DNA from: an uncultured bacterium
GTDB taxonomy: Bacteria; Pseudomonadota; Gammaproteobacteria; Enterobacterales; Enterobacteriaceae
Direction: 5' to 3'
NCBI GenBank assembly: GCA_965147305.1
Contig: CBCTJT010000017.1
Coordinates: 40,015 to 104,014, forward strand
DNA: 64,000 bases
The notes below the pieces were generated by a model. The model did no database searches, had not been told where the DNA came from, and was given only the letters and a program-made list of their open reading frames with translations. Position 1 is the first letter of the stretch. Every line of letters starts with the position of its first letter. The position numbers and the translations under genes are program-made. Shown here in pieces: positions 37,413-46,683 of the stretch.

Positions 37413-38054
37413 ATGTCTAAACTCGACCTGCTCGACCCACAGAACTCAACCCTGATCTTCATCGACCACCAGCCGCAGATGGCTTTCGGCGTCGCGAACA
37501 TCGATCGCCAGCAGCTCAAAAATAACACCGTCGCTCTGGCAAAAGCGGGCAAAGTTTTCGACGTGCCGGTGATTTATACCTCTGTAGAAACCGAAAGCTT
37601 TAGTGGCTACATCTGGCCAGAACTGCTGGCGGTGCACCCGGAATCGAAGCCGATTGAACGCACCTCGATGAACTCATGGGAAGATGCCAAATTCGTTGAA
37701 GCGGTGAAGAAAACCGGTCGTAAGAAGCTGATTATCTCTGCGCTGTGGACAGAAGTCTGTCTGACCTTCCCGGCACTGATGGCGCTGAAAGAGGGCTTTG
37801 AAGTGTACGTTGTGACCGATACCTCAGGCGGCACCAGCGTTGATGCCCACGAACGCTCCATCCAGCGCATGGTGCAAGCCGGTGCAGTGCCGGTAACCTG
37901 GCAGCAGGTGCTGCTGGAGTACCAGCGCGACTGGTCACGTAAAGAGACTTACGACGCGGTGATGGATCTGGTGCGCGAACACAGCGGCGCTTACGGCATG
38001 GGCGTGGATTACGCTTACACCATGGTGCACAAAGCGCCACAGCGTCAGGCATAA
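37413..38054 (+). CDS. Isochorismatase-family hydrolase, YcaC-like (213 aa)
   Basis: ORF trimmed to MSKLDLLDPQNSTLIFIDHQPQM (AGAGGAA SD). KKLIISALWTEVCLTFPAL carries the catalytic Cys context, as in E. coli YcaC. Confidence 0.8.
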   Translation: MSKLDLLDPQNSTLIFIDHQPQMAFGVANIDRQQLKNNTVALAKAGKVFDVPVIYTSVETESFSGYIWPELLAVHPESKPIERTSMNSWEDAKFVEAVKKTGRKKLIISALWTEVCLTFPALMALKEGFEVYVVTDTSGGTSVDAHERSIQRMVQAGAVPVTWQQVLLEYQRDWSRKETYDAVMDLVREHSGAYGMGVDYAYTMVHKAPQRQA

Positions 38055-38055
38055 G

Positions 38056-38958
38056 TTACGATTGGCGCGGCAGGCTGTTTTTCAGCGCATCGATAAACAG
38101 CCGCAGCGCCATTGACTGATGTTGGTTCGGCGGGAACCACAGGGCCATTCCCGCCGACTGCACCCGCCAGTCAGCGAGCAGCTCCACTAACTGACCAGAT
38201 TGCAGCGCCGTTTCGGCGTAAAGCGACGGCACATAGGCAATACCTAATCCACTGATGGCTGCGCGGGTCATCAGCGCGTTGTTATCTAAGGTGATCGTGC
38301 CCGGCACGTCCAGTTCATAGCGTTTCCCCGCTTTTTCATACTCCCAGCGATAGCGTTTGCCACTCGGCAGACGATGGCGAATGCACTGCTGCTGCAATAA
38401 ATCCTGCGGCAGCTTAATCGGTGCATGTGCGGCGAGATAGGCTGGTGAAGCCACGGTGATGAAATTCAGCGGGCCACCCAGCGCAATCGCCACCATATCC
38501 TGCGGCACATCTTCCAATAACCGAATACCGGCATCGAACCCGGCGGCAGTGATATCCACCAGTTCACCCTGAGCCGCAAAATCGAGCTGGATATTGGGGT
38601 ATTGCGCACAAAATTCCGGCACCACCTTTTCCAGCAGAATCCCAATCGCCGCGTCGCTGGCACTGATGCGCAAGGTGCCTGCATGCTGCTGGCGGCGGGC
38701 GCTAACTTCGCTAAGCACCTCATCCATCTCATTCAGCAGCGGAGCCAGACGATCTAACAGCTGCTGCCCTGCTTCGGTGAGTGACACGCTGCGAGTGGTG
38801 CGCTGAAACAACTGCACGCCCAGATTATGCTCCAGCGTTTTCACCAGATGGCTGAGTGAAGATCGCTTGAGGCCGAGCATCTCGGCGGCGCGCCGAAAGC
38901 TGCGCTGTTCACTCAGCGTTTTGATGGCCTGCAGTTCATGCCAGGAAGGTCTTCTCAT
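38056..38958 (-). CDS. LysR-family transcriptional regulator
   Basis: WHELQAIKTLSEQRSFRRAAEMLGLKRSSLSHLVKTLEHNLGVQLFQR wHTH; 300 aa. Divergent from the SDR gene. Confidence 0.9.
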   Translation of the reverse strand: MRRPSWHELQAIKTLSEQRSFRRAAEMLGLKRSSLSHLVKTLEHNLGVQLFQRTTRSVSLTEAGQQLLDRLAPLLNEMDEVLSEVSARRQQHAGTLRISASDAAIGILLEKVVPEFCAQYPNIQLDFAAQGELVDITAAGFDAGIRLLEDVPQDMVAIALGGPLNFITVASPAYLAAHAPIKLPQDLLQQQCIRHRLPSGKRYRWEYEKAGKRYELDVPGTITLDNNALMTRAAISGLGIAYVPSLYAETALQSGQLVELLADWRVQSAGMALWFPPNQHQSMALRLFIDALKNSLPRQS

Positions 38959-39053
38959 TGGTGGTAATTCCTCACCGGGTCATGCGCGATTAGGGAGACG
39001 ATAGCCACCAGTAAAGCGATCTACCATCAGGTTTTCAACTGGAGGGCGTGAAA

Positions 39054-39875
39054 ATGAAAACCTGGTTAATTACCGGTGCCAGCAGCGGGCTGGGTCGTTT
39101 GATGAGTGAAGATTTACTGGCGCGCGGCGATCGCGTACTGGCCTGCGTACGTCGCACCGCAGCGATGGCGGATTTGCAGGGGCAATACGGCGAACAGCTG
39201 CAGGTGATTGCGTTAGATCTGGCGAACACCGCCAGTATTGAGCCCGCTATCGGCAAAGCGTTTGCCCTGGTGGAACGCGTTGATGTGGTGGTGAGTAATG
39301 CGGCCTATGGTCTGTTTGGCGCGGCGGAAGAGCTGAGCGACGCGCAGATTGATCGCCAGATCGCCACCAATCTTACCGGCTCAATCCAGCTGATTCGTGC
39401 AGTGATTCCACTGTTGCGCCAGCAGAGCGGCGGGCGTATTGCGCAGGTGTCATCGGAAGGCGGGCAGGTGGCTTATCCCAACTTCAGCCTGTATCACGCC
39501 AGCAAATGGGGCATCGAAGGATTTGTTGAAGCGGTGCGCCAGGAAGTCGCCAGTTTTGGTATCGATTTCCTGCTGGTTGAGCCGGGCCCGACCGCCACCA
39601 ACTTTGGTGCCGGACTGGATATCGCCGACGCGCTGGAGGTTTATCATGACACCGCATCCGGTGAAGTACGTCGCGCCATTTTATCCGGCGAGTTCGCGAT
39701 CAAAGGTGATGCCGCCAAATCTGTCACGGCGATGATTGCCACACTGGATCAACCTGCCATGCCGCTGCGTCTGGCGCTAGGTAGCACCGCTTATGACAAT
39801 ATCGAAGCCGCGCTGGAACGACGTCTGGCAGAACTGCGCGCGCAAAAAGAGATAGCCTATCGTGCGGATGTGTAA
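39054..39875 (+). CDS. Short-chain dehydrogenase/reductase (SDR)
   Basis: MKTWLITGASSGLGR (TGxxxGxG) and YHASK (YxxxK). ATG at 39054 preferred over GTG at 39048 (GGAGGG SD spacing). Confidence 0.85.
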   Translation: MKTWLITGASSGLGRLMSEDLLARGDRVLACVRRTAAMADLQGQYGEQLQVIALDLANTASIEPAIGKAFALVERVDVVVSNAAYGLFGAAEELSDAQIDRQIATNLTGSIQLIRAVIPLLRQQSGGRIAQVSSEGGQVAYPNFSLYHASKWGIEGFVEAVRQEVASFGIDFLLVEPGPTATNFGAGLDIADALEVYHDTASGEVRRAILSGEFAIKGDAAKSVTAMIATLDQPAMPLRLALGSTAYDNIEAALERRLAELRAQKEIAYRADV

Positions 39876-40009
39876 AAGCTGTTCGCATAACCGCACGGAG
39901 TAACAGGCAGGGAAGCGGCATCGCTGCCAAACTTAGCGCACAAAAGAAGGCATGCACGTTTCGCAGCGGCATGCAGTGTATTGAGCGTTTTGCTAAGGAG
40001 AAAGTGGTT

Positions 40010-41026
40010 ATGAAAGCGATGATCCTGAAACAACCCGGCGGCATTGAACATTTGCAGCTTGCGGATCTGCCCGATCCCGGAAAACCGGGTGCCGGAGAGA
40101 TCCGCGTGGCGATCCATGCCACCTCACTTAACTTTCACGATCTGCTGGTGGCTAACGGATCGATCCCCACCGAGCAAGATCGCATTATGATGGCGGACGG
40201 TGCGGGTGTGGTTGAAGAGGTCGGTGCAGGCGTCACTGACTTCAAGCCTGGCGACCACGTAGTTTCCTGCTTCTTCCCGCAGTGGCAGGACGGCTTGCCG
40301 TTTGTGCGCGTGGGTAATTTTGCGCGCACGCCGGGTGATGGTGCAGACGGTTTTGCCGCTGAAGTGGTGGTGCGACCGGCGCATCATTTCACTCTGGCTC
40401 CGCGCGGCTGGCGTCATGCGGAAGCGGCAACCATTACCACATCTGGCCTGACGGCATGGCGCGCACTGGTGGGCGATGCGCAAATCAAAGCGGGCGATAC
40501 CATCGTCACATTGGGCACCGGTGGCGTGTCGATTACCGCATTACAAATTGCCAAAGCGATGGGCGCGCGGGTGATTGTGACTTCATCTTCTGATGAGAAG
40601 CTGGGCAGGGCCAAAGAATTGGGGGCCGATGCGGGCATCAACTATCGCAGCACGCCGGAATGGGGTAAAGCGGTTCAGCAACTGACTGAGGGCAAAGGTG
40701 CAGATGTGGTGATTGAACTGGGCGGGCCGGGCACCATGGCGCAGTCGATCGAAGCGGTGCGCGTGGGCGGCCACATTGCCTTAATTGGCGTGCTGACCGG
40801 ATTCGAAGGCGTGATCCCCACTGCGCTATTAATGGCGAAACAGGCGCGCATTCAGGGCTTGATTGTCGGCCATCGTCGTCAGCAGCAGGACTTCGTGCGC
40901 GCGTTAGAGCAAACCGGTATTCGCCCGGTGATCAGCGACAGTTACGGGGCGCTGAGCGATCTGCCTGCGGCCTTCCAGCATCAGCAGTCGGCGGGACACT
41001 TCGGTAAAATCACCGTGGAGTGGTAG
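40010..41026 (+). CDS. NAD(P)H:quinone oxidoreductase / zinc-type alcohol dehydrogenase-like (MDR) protein
   Basis: ORF trimmed to MKAMILKQPGG (AAGGAGAA SD). LGTGGVSITALQIAKAMGARV Rossmann segment; 338 aa. Confidence 0.8.
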   Translation: MKAMILKQPGGIEHLQLADLPDPGKPGAGEIRVAIHATSLNFHDLLVANGSIPTEQDRIMMADGAGVVEEVGAGVTDFKPGDHVVSCFFPQWQDGLPFVRVGNFARTPGDGADGFAAEVVVRPAHHFTLAPRGWRHAEAATITTSGLTAWRALVGDAQIKAGDTIVTLGTGGVSITALQIAKAMGARVIVTSSSDEKLGRAKELGADAGINYRSTPEWGKAVQQLTEGKGADVVIELGGPGTMAQSIEAVRVGGHIALIGVLTGFEGVIPTALLMAKQARIQGLIVGHRRQQQDFVRALEQTGIRPVISDSYGALSDLPAAFQHQQSAGHFGKITVEW

Positions 41027-41033
41027 CGGGTTT

Positions 41034-41064
41034 GCCTGTTTCCCACATCGGGAAACAGGCTTTC
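41034..41064. terminator. Bidirectional hairpin terminator between convergent genes
   Basis: GCCTGTTTCCC-ACATC-GGGAAACAGGC followed by TTTC. 11-bp perfect stem. Confidence 0.7.
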
Positions 41065-41068
41065 TGCA

Positions 41069-41848
41069 TCAGTAGTAATCGCCGTGACGATAATCCCAGG
41101 ACGGGAAGATGTCTGACAGCAGCGCCATGATTTTATCGACATCAAGGCCTTTGCGGATCAACACCGGGCACGGCGTGATTTTACGCTCGCCGTTTTGCTG
41201 CGGGATCAAACGACCTTCACTGCCCACCATCGACACCATCACGCCCTGTTCGTAGCGCACTTTATTTTCGTCGTTGGGCTGAATAGATTTCACGTAAGCA
41301 TTGGCTTCAATAATTAAATCGGCACGCGATTCAATACGTTCGCCAATTCCTTCAACCAATCCACGGTTACCCTGACCTGATGGATTCGCAGAACTGGCGA
41401 AAGAGAATTTCCCGTGATCTTCCCACAGGGCTTTCGCGATATTTTCGCCTGGGCGACCAAATTTAATCACGAAGCAGCTGGTCTGGCGGCCATCCATCAT
41501 CAGCTCTTTTGAACCATCAGCCGGAATACGCGCCAGCGCATCGTCGCGCCACGGTAAGATACAGCCCAGCAAAATATCCTGATCCCAATGCTGCTGATAA
41601 AGCTGATCAATTTCCGGTGTCAGCTGAGCCAGAGAGCGCAGTTGTTCCAGCGAACCACACAGCACCACGCCTGGCTTGTTGCGCTTGCGCTGCTTGGCTT
41701 CAAACTTACGCTCCAGCCCGGCTTTATCGGAGGTCATGATGATGTAACCCACTTTGGTGGGGCTTACAATCATGCCGCCGTCTTGTGACAGAATCTCGAT
41801 GGCTTCAGGTTGTAACCCGCCATTCCACGTTATTTGTTTACCGCTCAT
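41069..41848 (-). CDS. Sua5/YciO/YrdC-family protein with ~60-aa C-terminal extension (259 aa)
   Basis: YrdC-fold motifs in order: SPTKVGYII (cf. PTDTVYGL), KQRKRNKP (K-x-R...P), SSANPSGQ (SAN-x-SG). Own promoter region is AT-rich. Confidence 0.6.
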   Translation of the reverse strand: MSGKQITWNGGLQPEAIEILSQDGGMIVSPTKVGYIIMTSDKAGLERKFEAKQRKRNKPGVVLCGSLEQLRSLAQLTPEIDQLYQQHWDQDILLGCILPWRDDALARIPADGSKELMMDGRQTSCFVIKFGRPGENIAKALWEDHGKFSFASSANPSGQGNRGLVEGIGERIESRADLIIEANAYVKSIQPNDENKVRYEQGVMVSMVGSEGRLIPQQNGERKITPCPVLIRKGLDVDKIMALLSDIFPSWDYRHGDYY

Positions 41849-42073
41849 GGATCTACCCTATCTGCGTATCAATAGATGACGTACAGGAATATTACCTGCA
41901 ATATAATTAAGGATTTAATTAACCGGATAATTCATCAGGATTAATTGTCTGGTGTAAAACCATGCTGGTGATAATAGTACGATAATTAAAGGCTATGCAA
42001 CTGATGAAAATAACGATGAAATGAATAGGGGTAATTTAAAATAACACGCGGGAATTATAGTGTTATTTAAAAT

Positions 42074-42098
42074 GGCGCTGAATAAGTGTTTCAGCGCC
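42074..42098 (-). terminator. Intrinsic terminator after the Gate-domain gene
   Basis: GGCGCTGAA-TAAGTGT-TTCAGCGCC. On the minus strand it is followed by ATTTTAAAT. Confidence 0.6.
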
Positions 42099-42106
42099 AG
42101 CGTTAA

Positions 42107-43039
42107 TTAAAATATCAGGGCGTGTGCCACACCACGCAGAGCGATGCCGAGGATGATGCCCGGCACGGCGAAACGGAACAGGCGCGGGAAACGACTCGAC
42201 AGACCAAGGAAGATACCAATACCCGGCAAATCAAAGGTCTGAATCAACCAACCCGCCGAGGCATTGATGTTGTGCGCACTGTACACGCCTTTCTCCACTA
42301 ACCCAGCCACCACGCCGTAATAGGCGGTGCCGCCCGCCAGGCATTTAGTCAGCGCAGGCAGGATATACACCTCGGAGATGTTGAATCTATCGAGCAGCGG
42401 GGAAACCAGTCGGGTGAGCATCTCAATCCCGCCGGACTCCTTCAAAATACCCACCACCGACAGCGAGAGAATCAGCATTGGCAGCGATCCCAGCGCCAGA
42501 CGAATCGCGTCCGCGCCCGCGCTGTTGATGATGGCAATCAGCCCCATTTTGCTTTCGTTGTTAGCCACCGTTTCATCTTCATTCAGCAGTGACGCGTCGG
42601 AGAGTTTGCGGGCAAAGAAATGATAGGTGGTCGCTGCTGCCAGCACGCCGCCGCATATCGAGATCAGTATTGCGGCGCTCCAGTTGAGCCCGGCAGGGAT
42701 CAGCGGATAAAAGGCGTTGGCTTGCCCCATAGCAAACAGCATCGCCAGCGTCGCCGCCATATGGCGATCGGAGGTGCCGCGCTTTTCCATAATCGCTAAT
42801 GCCGCTAACGGCGCAGCGAAACTGACGAAGTTCAGCTGAATCAGCGCAAATAACGCCAGCCCGGTAATACCTAAAGGTTTTAATAACGGTGTGGAATGAC
42901 GTACCACAAAATCCAGCACGCCTTTCACTTCCAGATATTTCATGATGAATAACATCACCACCATGATAGGAATAAGCGTGTACAGCGCGACATCTACCGA
43001 GGCTTTGCCCGCAGACATAATAATGCTGATGATATTCAT
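42107..43039 (-). CDS. Nucleoside-recognition (Gate) domain membrane protein, SpmA/SpmB- or YjiG/YjiH-like (310 aa)
   Basis: Polytopic. N-terminal GKASVDVALYTLIPIMVVMLFIMKYLEVKGVLD resembles the Gate-domain opening segment, and a second Gate-like half follows residue ~165. Family assigned from memory. Confidence 0.6.
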   Translation of the reverse strand: MNIISIIMSAGKASVDVALYTLIPIMVVMLFIMKYLEVKGVLDFVVRHSTPLLKPLGITGLALFALIQLNFVSFAAPLAALAIMEKRGTSDRHMAATLAMLFAMGQANAFYPLIPAGLNWSAAILISICGGVLAAATTYHFFARKLSDASLLNEDETVANNESKMGLIAIINSAGADAIRLALGSLPMLILSLSVVGILKESGGIEMLTRLVSPLLDRFNISEVYILPALTKCLAGGTAYYGVVAGLVEKGVYSAHNINASAGWLIQTFDLPGIGIFLGLSSRFPRLFRFAVPGIILGIALRGVAHALIF

Positions 43040-43083
43040 GCGGTTGCCTGAACCTCAACCCACTGCTTAATACCGACAAACAT
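43036..43083 (-). CDS. 15-codon upstream ORF translationally coupled to the Gate-domain gene
   Basis: Not in the ORF track. AAGGGGAG SD, 4-nt spacer (CAGC), ATG at 43083. MFVGIKQWVEVQATA. Its TGA (43036-43038) overlaps the downstream ATG (43037-43039), and that ATG has no good SD of its own. Confidence 0.4.
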   Translation of the reverse strand: MFVGIKQWVEVQATA

Positions 43084-43342
43084 GCTGCTCCCCTTGCCTT
43101 AAAAAACGCATAAAAATGCCAGCGCGAAGGGCGCCAGCAAAGAGATAAATAGTATCCCGGCGGCGTAAACTTGAGTAGTGAAGAAATTAAATTTTATCTT
43201 GCAGGAAATGGCAGAGAGAAATAACAGCGTGCCGACGTTTATGCGGCGCACGGGAATATTATGCGAAGTTTATTCGTTTATCTGGCGGATATTGCGCGCG
43301 GTGCTCTGCAATAATTTAAATGCATCATAACGGTGCTGATGC

Positions 43343-43371
43343 GTAGCGGCGAAACAGAATCTCGCCGCTAC
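43343..43371 (-). terminator. Hairpin downstream of gor (terminator or REP-like)
   Basis: GTAGCGGCGA-AACAGAATC-TCGCCGCTAC, 10-bp stem, about 50 nt past the gor stop. No clear U-tract. Confidence 0.4.
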
Positions 43372-43419
43372 AGTGTGCGTGGGCTGAAGGTCAACTGAGT
43401 GACCTGCGGCCACACACTT

Positions 43420-44772
43420 TTATCGCATGGTCACAAACTCTTCAGCCGCCGTCGGGTGAATCGCCACGGTGTTGTCGAAGTCTTTCTTGGTGGCGCCCAT
43501 CTTCAGTGCCACTGCGAAGCCTTGCAGCATCTCATCCATACCGTTACCGATACCGTGGATACCGACAATCTTCTCATCTGCACCGACGCACACCAGCTTC
43601 ATGCGGCACGGCTGGCGATGCTGGGTGACGGCGGTATACATCGCGGTGAAGGAGGATTTGTACACTTTCACCTGATCGTCGCCGTACTGCTCGCGCGCCT
43701 GCGGTTCAGTCAAACCCACCGTACCGATTGGTGGATGGGTAAACACCACGGTTGGCACGTTGCTGTAATCCAGGTGCTCGTCCGGTTTATTGTTAAACAG
43801 ACGCTCAGAGAGGCGACGACCGGCGGCCACGGCGACGGGGGTCAGTTCCACCGCGCCGGTGTTATCGCCCACTGCATAGATGCCTTTCACGTTGGTGTTT
43901 TGGAACTTATCAACGTTGATATAGCCTTTCTCGTTCAGCGCCACGCCGCTTACGGACAGGTTGAGATTGTCGGTGGCCGGTTCGCGACCGATCGCCCACA
44001 CCAGACAATCGACGGTTTGCTCATGGCCGTTTTCCAACTGCAGCGTCAGGCTGCCGTCAGCGTTCTTGATCACCGCTTTCGGGATCGATTCGGTGTGCAG
44101 CGTTGGGCCTTCAGCCTGCATCACTTCTACCAGGGTATCGACAATCAACGGATCGAAGCTGCGCAATGGCGCATGCTTACGCACAAACAGATGGGTTTCG
44201 GCACCCAGGGCGTTAACCACGCCGGCCAGCTCTACAGCGATATACCCTGCGCCGACCACCGCAACACGCTTCGGCAGCGCATCCAGCTCAAAGAAGCCGT
44301 CAGAGTCGATACCGTATTCCGCGCCTGGTACTTTCGGATGGCTTGGACGGCCACCGGTGGCAATCAGGATGTGATCGGCCGTGATGGTCTCGCCGTTTAC
44401 TTCCACGGTGTTGGCATCAATAAAGCGCGCGAAGCCTTTGATCACTTCAACGTTGTTTTTACCCAGCACGTTGTCGTACGAGGTGTGGATGCGATCGATA
44501 TAGGCGCTGCGGTTCTTCACCAGCACCGACCAGTCAAAATTGTTCACGGTGGTATCGAAACCGTAATCCGGGCCATACAGGTGGATGGCTTCGGCAATCT
44601 GCGCCGCGTGCCACATCACTTTTTTCGGTACGCAGCCGACGTTGACACAGGTGCCGCCCAACTCTTTGGCTTCAATCAGCGCGCACTTCTGGCCATGCAT
44701 CGCCGCACGGTTAATCGAGGCGATACCGCCGCTGCCGCCGCCGATGGCGAGGTAGTCAAAATGTCTGGTCAT
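43420..44772 (-). CDS. gor: Glutathione-disulfide reductase (450 aa)
   Basis: ORF trimmed to [19 protein letters not shown]. Redox-active [13 protein letters not shown]. Same length as E. coli Gor. Confidence 0.95.
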   Translation of the reverse strand: MTRHFDYLAIGGGSGGIASINRAAMHGQKCALIEAKELGGTCVNVGCVPKKVMWHAAQIAEAIHLYGPDYGFDTTVNNFDWSVLVKNRSAYIDRIHTSYDNVLGKNNVEVIKGFARFIDANTVEVNGETITADHILIATGGRPSHPKVPGAEYGIDSDGFFELDALPKRVAVVGAGYIAVELAGVVNALGAETHLFVRKHAPLRSFDPLIVDTLVEVMQAEGPTLHTESIPKAVIKNADGSLTLQLENGHEQTVDCLVWAIGREPATDNLNLSVSGVALNEKGYINVDKFQNTNVKGIYAVGDNTGAVELTPVAVAAGRRLSERLFNNKPDEHLDYSNVPTVVFTHPPIGTVGLTEPQAREQYGDDQVKVYKSSFTAMYTAVTQHRQPCRMKLVCVGADEKIVGIHGIGNGMDEMLQGFAVALKMGATKKDFDNTVAIHPTAAEEFVTMR

Positions 44773-44897
44773 CCGTTGTGTCCATCTGTTGGAAGAAAAT
44801 TGGCATAGAGTGTAACGCTGGTTGCGCAAGCGGCGCAAAGGTTCAGCCTATGATTATGATAGGGTTAAATCTACGTTCCGCTAACATGGAAGACATT

Positions 44898-45809
44898 ATG
44901 CACCTGACTTTTCTCGGCACCGGCGCGGGCGCGCCGAGCCTGCAACGTAACGTCACGGCGATCGCGCTGACGTTGTCGAAACGAGGCGACACCTGGCTGT
45001 TCGACTGCGGTGAAGCAACGCAGCACCAGTTTATGCGCTCCGCGCTCAAGCCGAGCAAGCTGGAAAAAATCTTCATTACCCATCTGCACGGCGACCACAT
45101 CTTCGGTCTGCCAGGTTTGCTTACCAGCCGTTCAATGGCCGGGCTGCTGGAGCCGATGACGATTTACGGTCCGAAAGGCATCAAACAGTTTGTCGAGACG
45201 GCGCTCAGTCTTAGTGGTTCTTACACCGGCTTCCCGCTAGAGATCGTCGAAATTGAAGCGGGCGAAGTGCTGGATGATGGCGAGTTCCGCGTCATCGCCT
45301 ATCCGATGAATCACGTGGTTGAGTGCTATGGCTATCGCATCGAACAGCATGACAAACCTGGCTTCCTCGATGCACCGCGTCTGAAAGCGGAAGGGGTGCC
45401 GCGCGGGCCGTGGTATCAGGATTTGAAAGAGGGTAAACGCATCCGGCTAGAGGACGGGCGCGAGATTGACGGCGCGGAGTATCTCGGCCCGGCGACCAAA
45501 GGCAAAGTGATCGCCATATTCGGCGATACCGGCCCGACGGAAGTGGCGCTTGAGCTGGCGGCAAATGTGGATGTGATGGTGCATGAAACCACGCTGGAAG
45601 CCGCGATGGCCGAAAAATCCAACGGTCGCGGCCACTCCACCACGATTCAGGCGGCCGAAGTGGCAAAACTGGCAGGCGCGAAACGCATGATCGCCACGCA
45701 CTTCAGTTCGCGGTATTTGTCGAGTGATAGGGAAAGATTGCTGGCGGAGTGCCAGTCGGTGTTTGCGGCTACCGAGCTGGCACGAGATTTCGCGGTGTTC
45801 GAGATTTAG
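44898..45809 (+). CDS. rbn: Ribonuclease BN / RNase Z (303 aa)
   Basis: ORF trimmed to [22 protein letters not shown] (cf. E. coli MELIFLGTSAGVPT). [12 protein letters not shown] metallo-beta-lactamase motif. Confidence 0.9.
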   Translation: MHLTFLGTGAGAPSLQRNVTAIALTLSKRGDTWLFDCGEATQHQFMRSALKPSKLEKIFITHLHGDHIFGLPGLLTSRSMAGLLEPMTIYGPKGIKQFVETALSLSGSYTGFPLEIVEIEAGEVLDDGEFRVIAYPMNHVVECYGYRIEQHDKPGFLDAPRLKAEGVPRGPWYQDLKEGKRIRLEDGREIDGAEYLGPATKGKVIAIFGDTGPTEVALELAANVDVMVHETTLEAAMAEKSNGRGHSTTIQAAEVAKLAGAKRMIATHFSSRYLSSDRERLLAECQSVFAATELARDFAVFEI

Positions 45810-46621
45810 TGCTGTAACGCCGGATAGGTGAAGAACAGCAGGTGCGTCATGTTGAACAGGAAATGGACGCCGGTGGCGACCCACACGCGTCCACTCCAGT
45901 GCCATGCCAGACCGTAAATCAGACCCGCCAGCGTGGCGAAGGCAACCAGCATCATGCCGCCAGGGAAGTGCGCCAGACCAAACAGCAGTGCGGTGATCAA
46001 CAGCGCTGCCACACCACCGATTTTCTGGCGCAGGCGCTGTTGCACATAGCCACGGAAAAAGGCTTCTTCGGCCAGCGAGACAAAGAACAGGTTTGCCAGC
46101 ATGAAGCTGCCGAGCCAGTCCGGCCAGTGAGGCTCAATCGCCAGCCCACCCAACTGCACCGCGACATACAGCAGCAGCGGGATCGCCGCTAACAGCAGCA
46201 GCCAGAGAATCTTGTGCGGTGCGGGAAACTTTTGCGCACGGAACAGCGTGGGCAGCGCGGCCAGCAGCACAAACGGAATCAGCGCTTTATCGAAGTTGTA
46301 ATAGAAGCTAAAAGGCTGGCTGTTGGGGCCAACCTGCATTTCCTCGATCTGGCGCGGGTTGTTAAAGCCGGGCAGCAAATGCAGGAACAGGCCGCCGGCG
46401 ATGAGCACCAGCAGGGCCTCGCTGATCAGCAGCACCGCGCGGTTGGTGGGATTTTCCACCCGTACCCACGCCAGCAAAGCAATCGCACCGAGAATGGCGA
46501 GGGCAGGCCAGTCCAGCACATCCTGAAACAGGCCCATTAGCGTGGCCAGTAACAGCAGCAATACGGCAAGACGTTTGGCAGGCGAGAGCACTGTGAGTGC
46601 GCCAGCCAGAATGATCCACAT
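45806..46621 (-). CDS. CPBP-family intramembrane glutamic endopeptidase (CAAX protease/Abi-like)
   Basis: Polytopic, 271 aa, with the three CPBP motifs: AEEAFFRGY (EExxxR), FGLAHF (FxxxH), HFLFNM (HxxxN). Confidence 0.8.
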   Translation of the reverse strand: MWIILAGALTVLSPAKRLAVLLLLLATLMGLFQDVLDWPALAILGAIALLAWVRVENPTNRAVLLISEALLVLIAGGLFLHLLPGFNNPRQIEEMQVGPNSQPFSFYYNFDKALIPFVLLAALPTLFRAQKFPAPHKILWLLLLAAIPLLLYVAVQLGGLAIEPHWPDWLGSFMLANLFFVSLAEEAFFRGYVQQRLRQKIGGVAALLITALLFGLAHFPGGMMLVAFATLAGLIYGLAWHWSGRVWVATGVHFLFNMTHLLFFTYPALQH

Positions 46622-46683
46622 AAATAGTGTCCTTAGCAGGGCAACGGCAAAGGGCGGCCCAGGAGCCGCACCTTACAAGCACG

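Noticed and set aside
43085-43419. Search for a dinQ/agrB-like type I toxin-antitoxin downstream of gor (present at this position in E. coli)
   Set aside because: I hand-translated the visible ATG-initiated frames on both strands. The only sizeable frame (40 aa, from 43208, MAERNNSVPTFMRRTGILCEVYSFIWRILRAVLCNNLNAS) has poor SD spacing and no resemblance to DinQ. No repeated antisense elements were seen.
43399-44808. 469-aa ORF on the plus strand covering the whole gor locus
   Set aside because: It is exactly antisense to a well-supported gor gene. Its product is low-complexity (His/Arg/Val/Gly-rich) with no recognisable motifs. This is a typical shadow ORF in GC-rich coding DNA.
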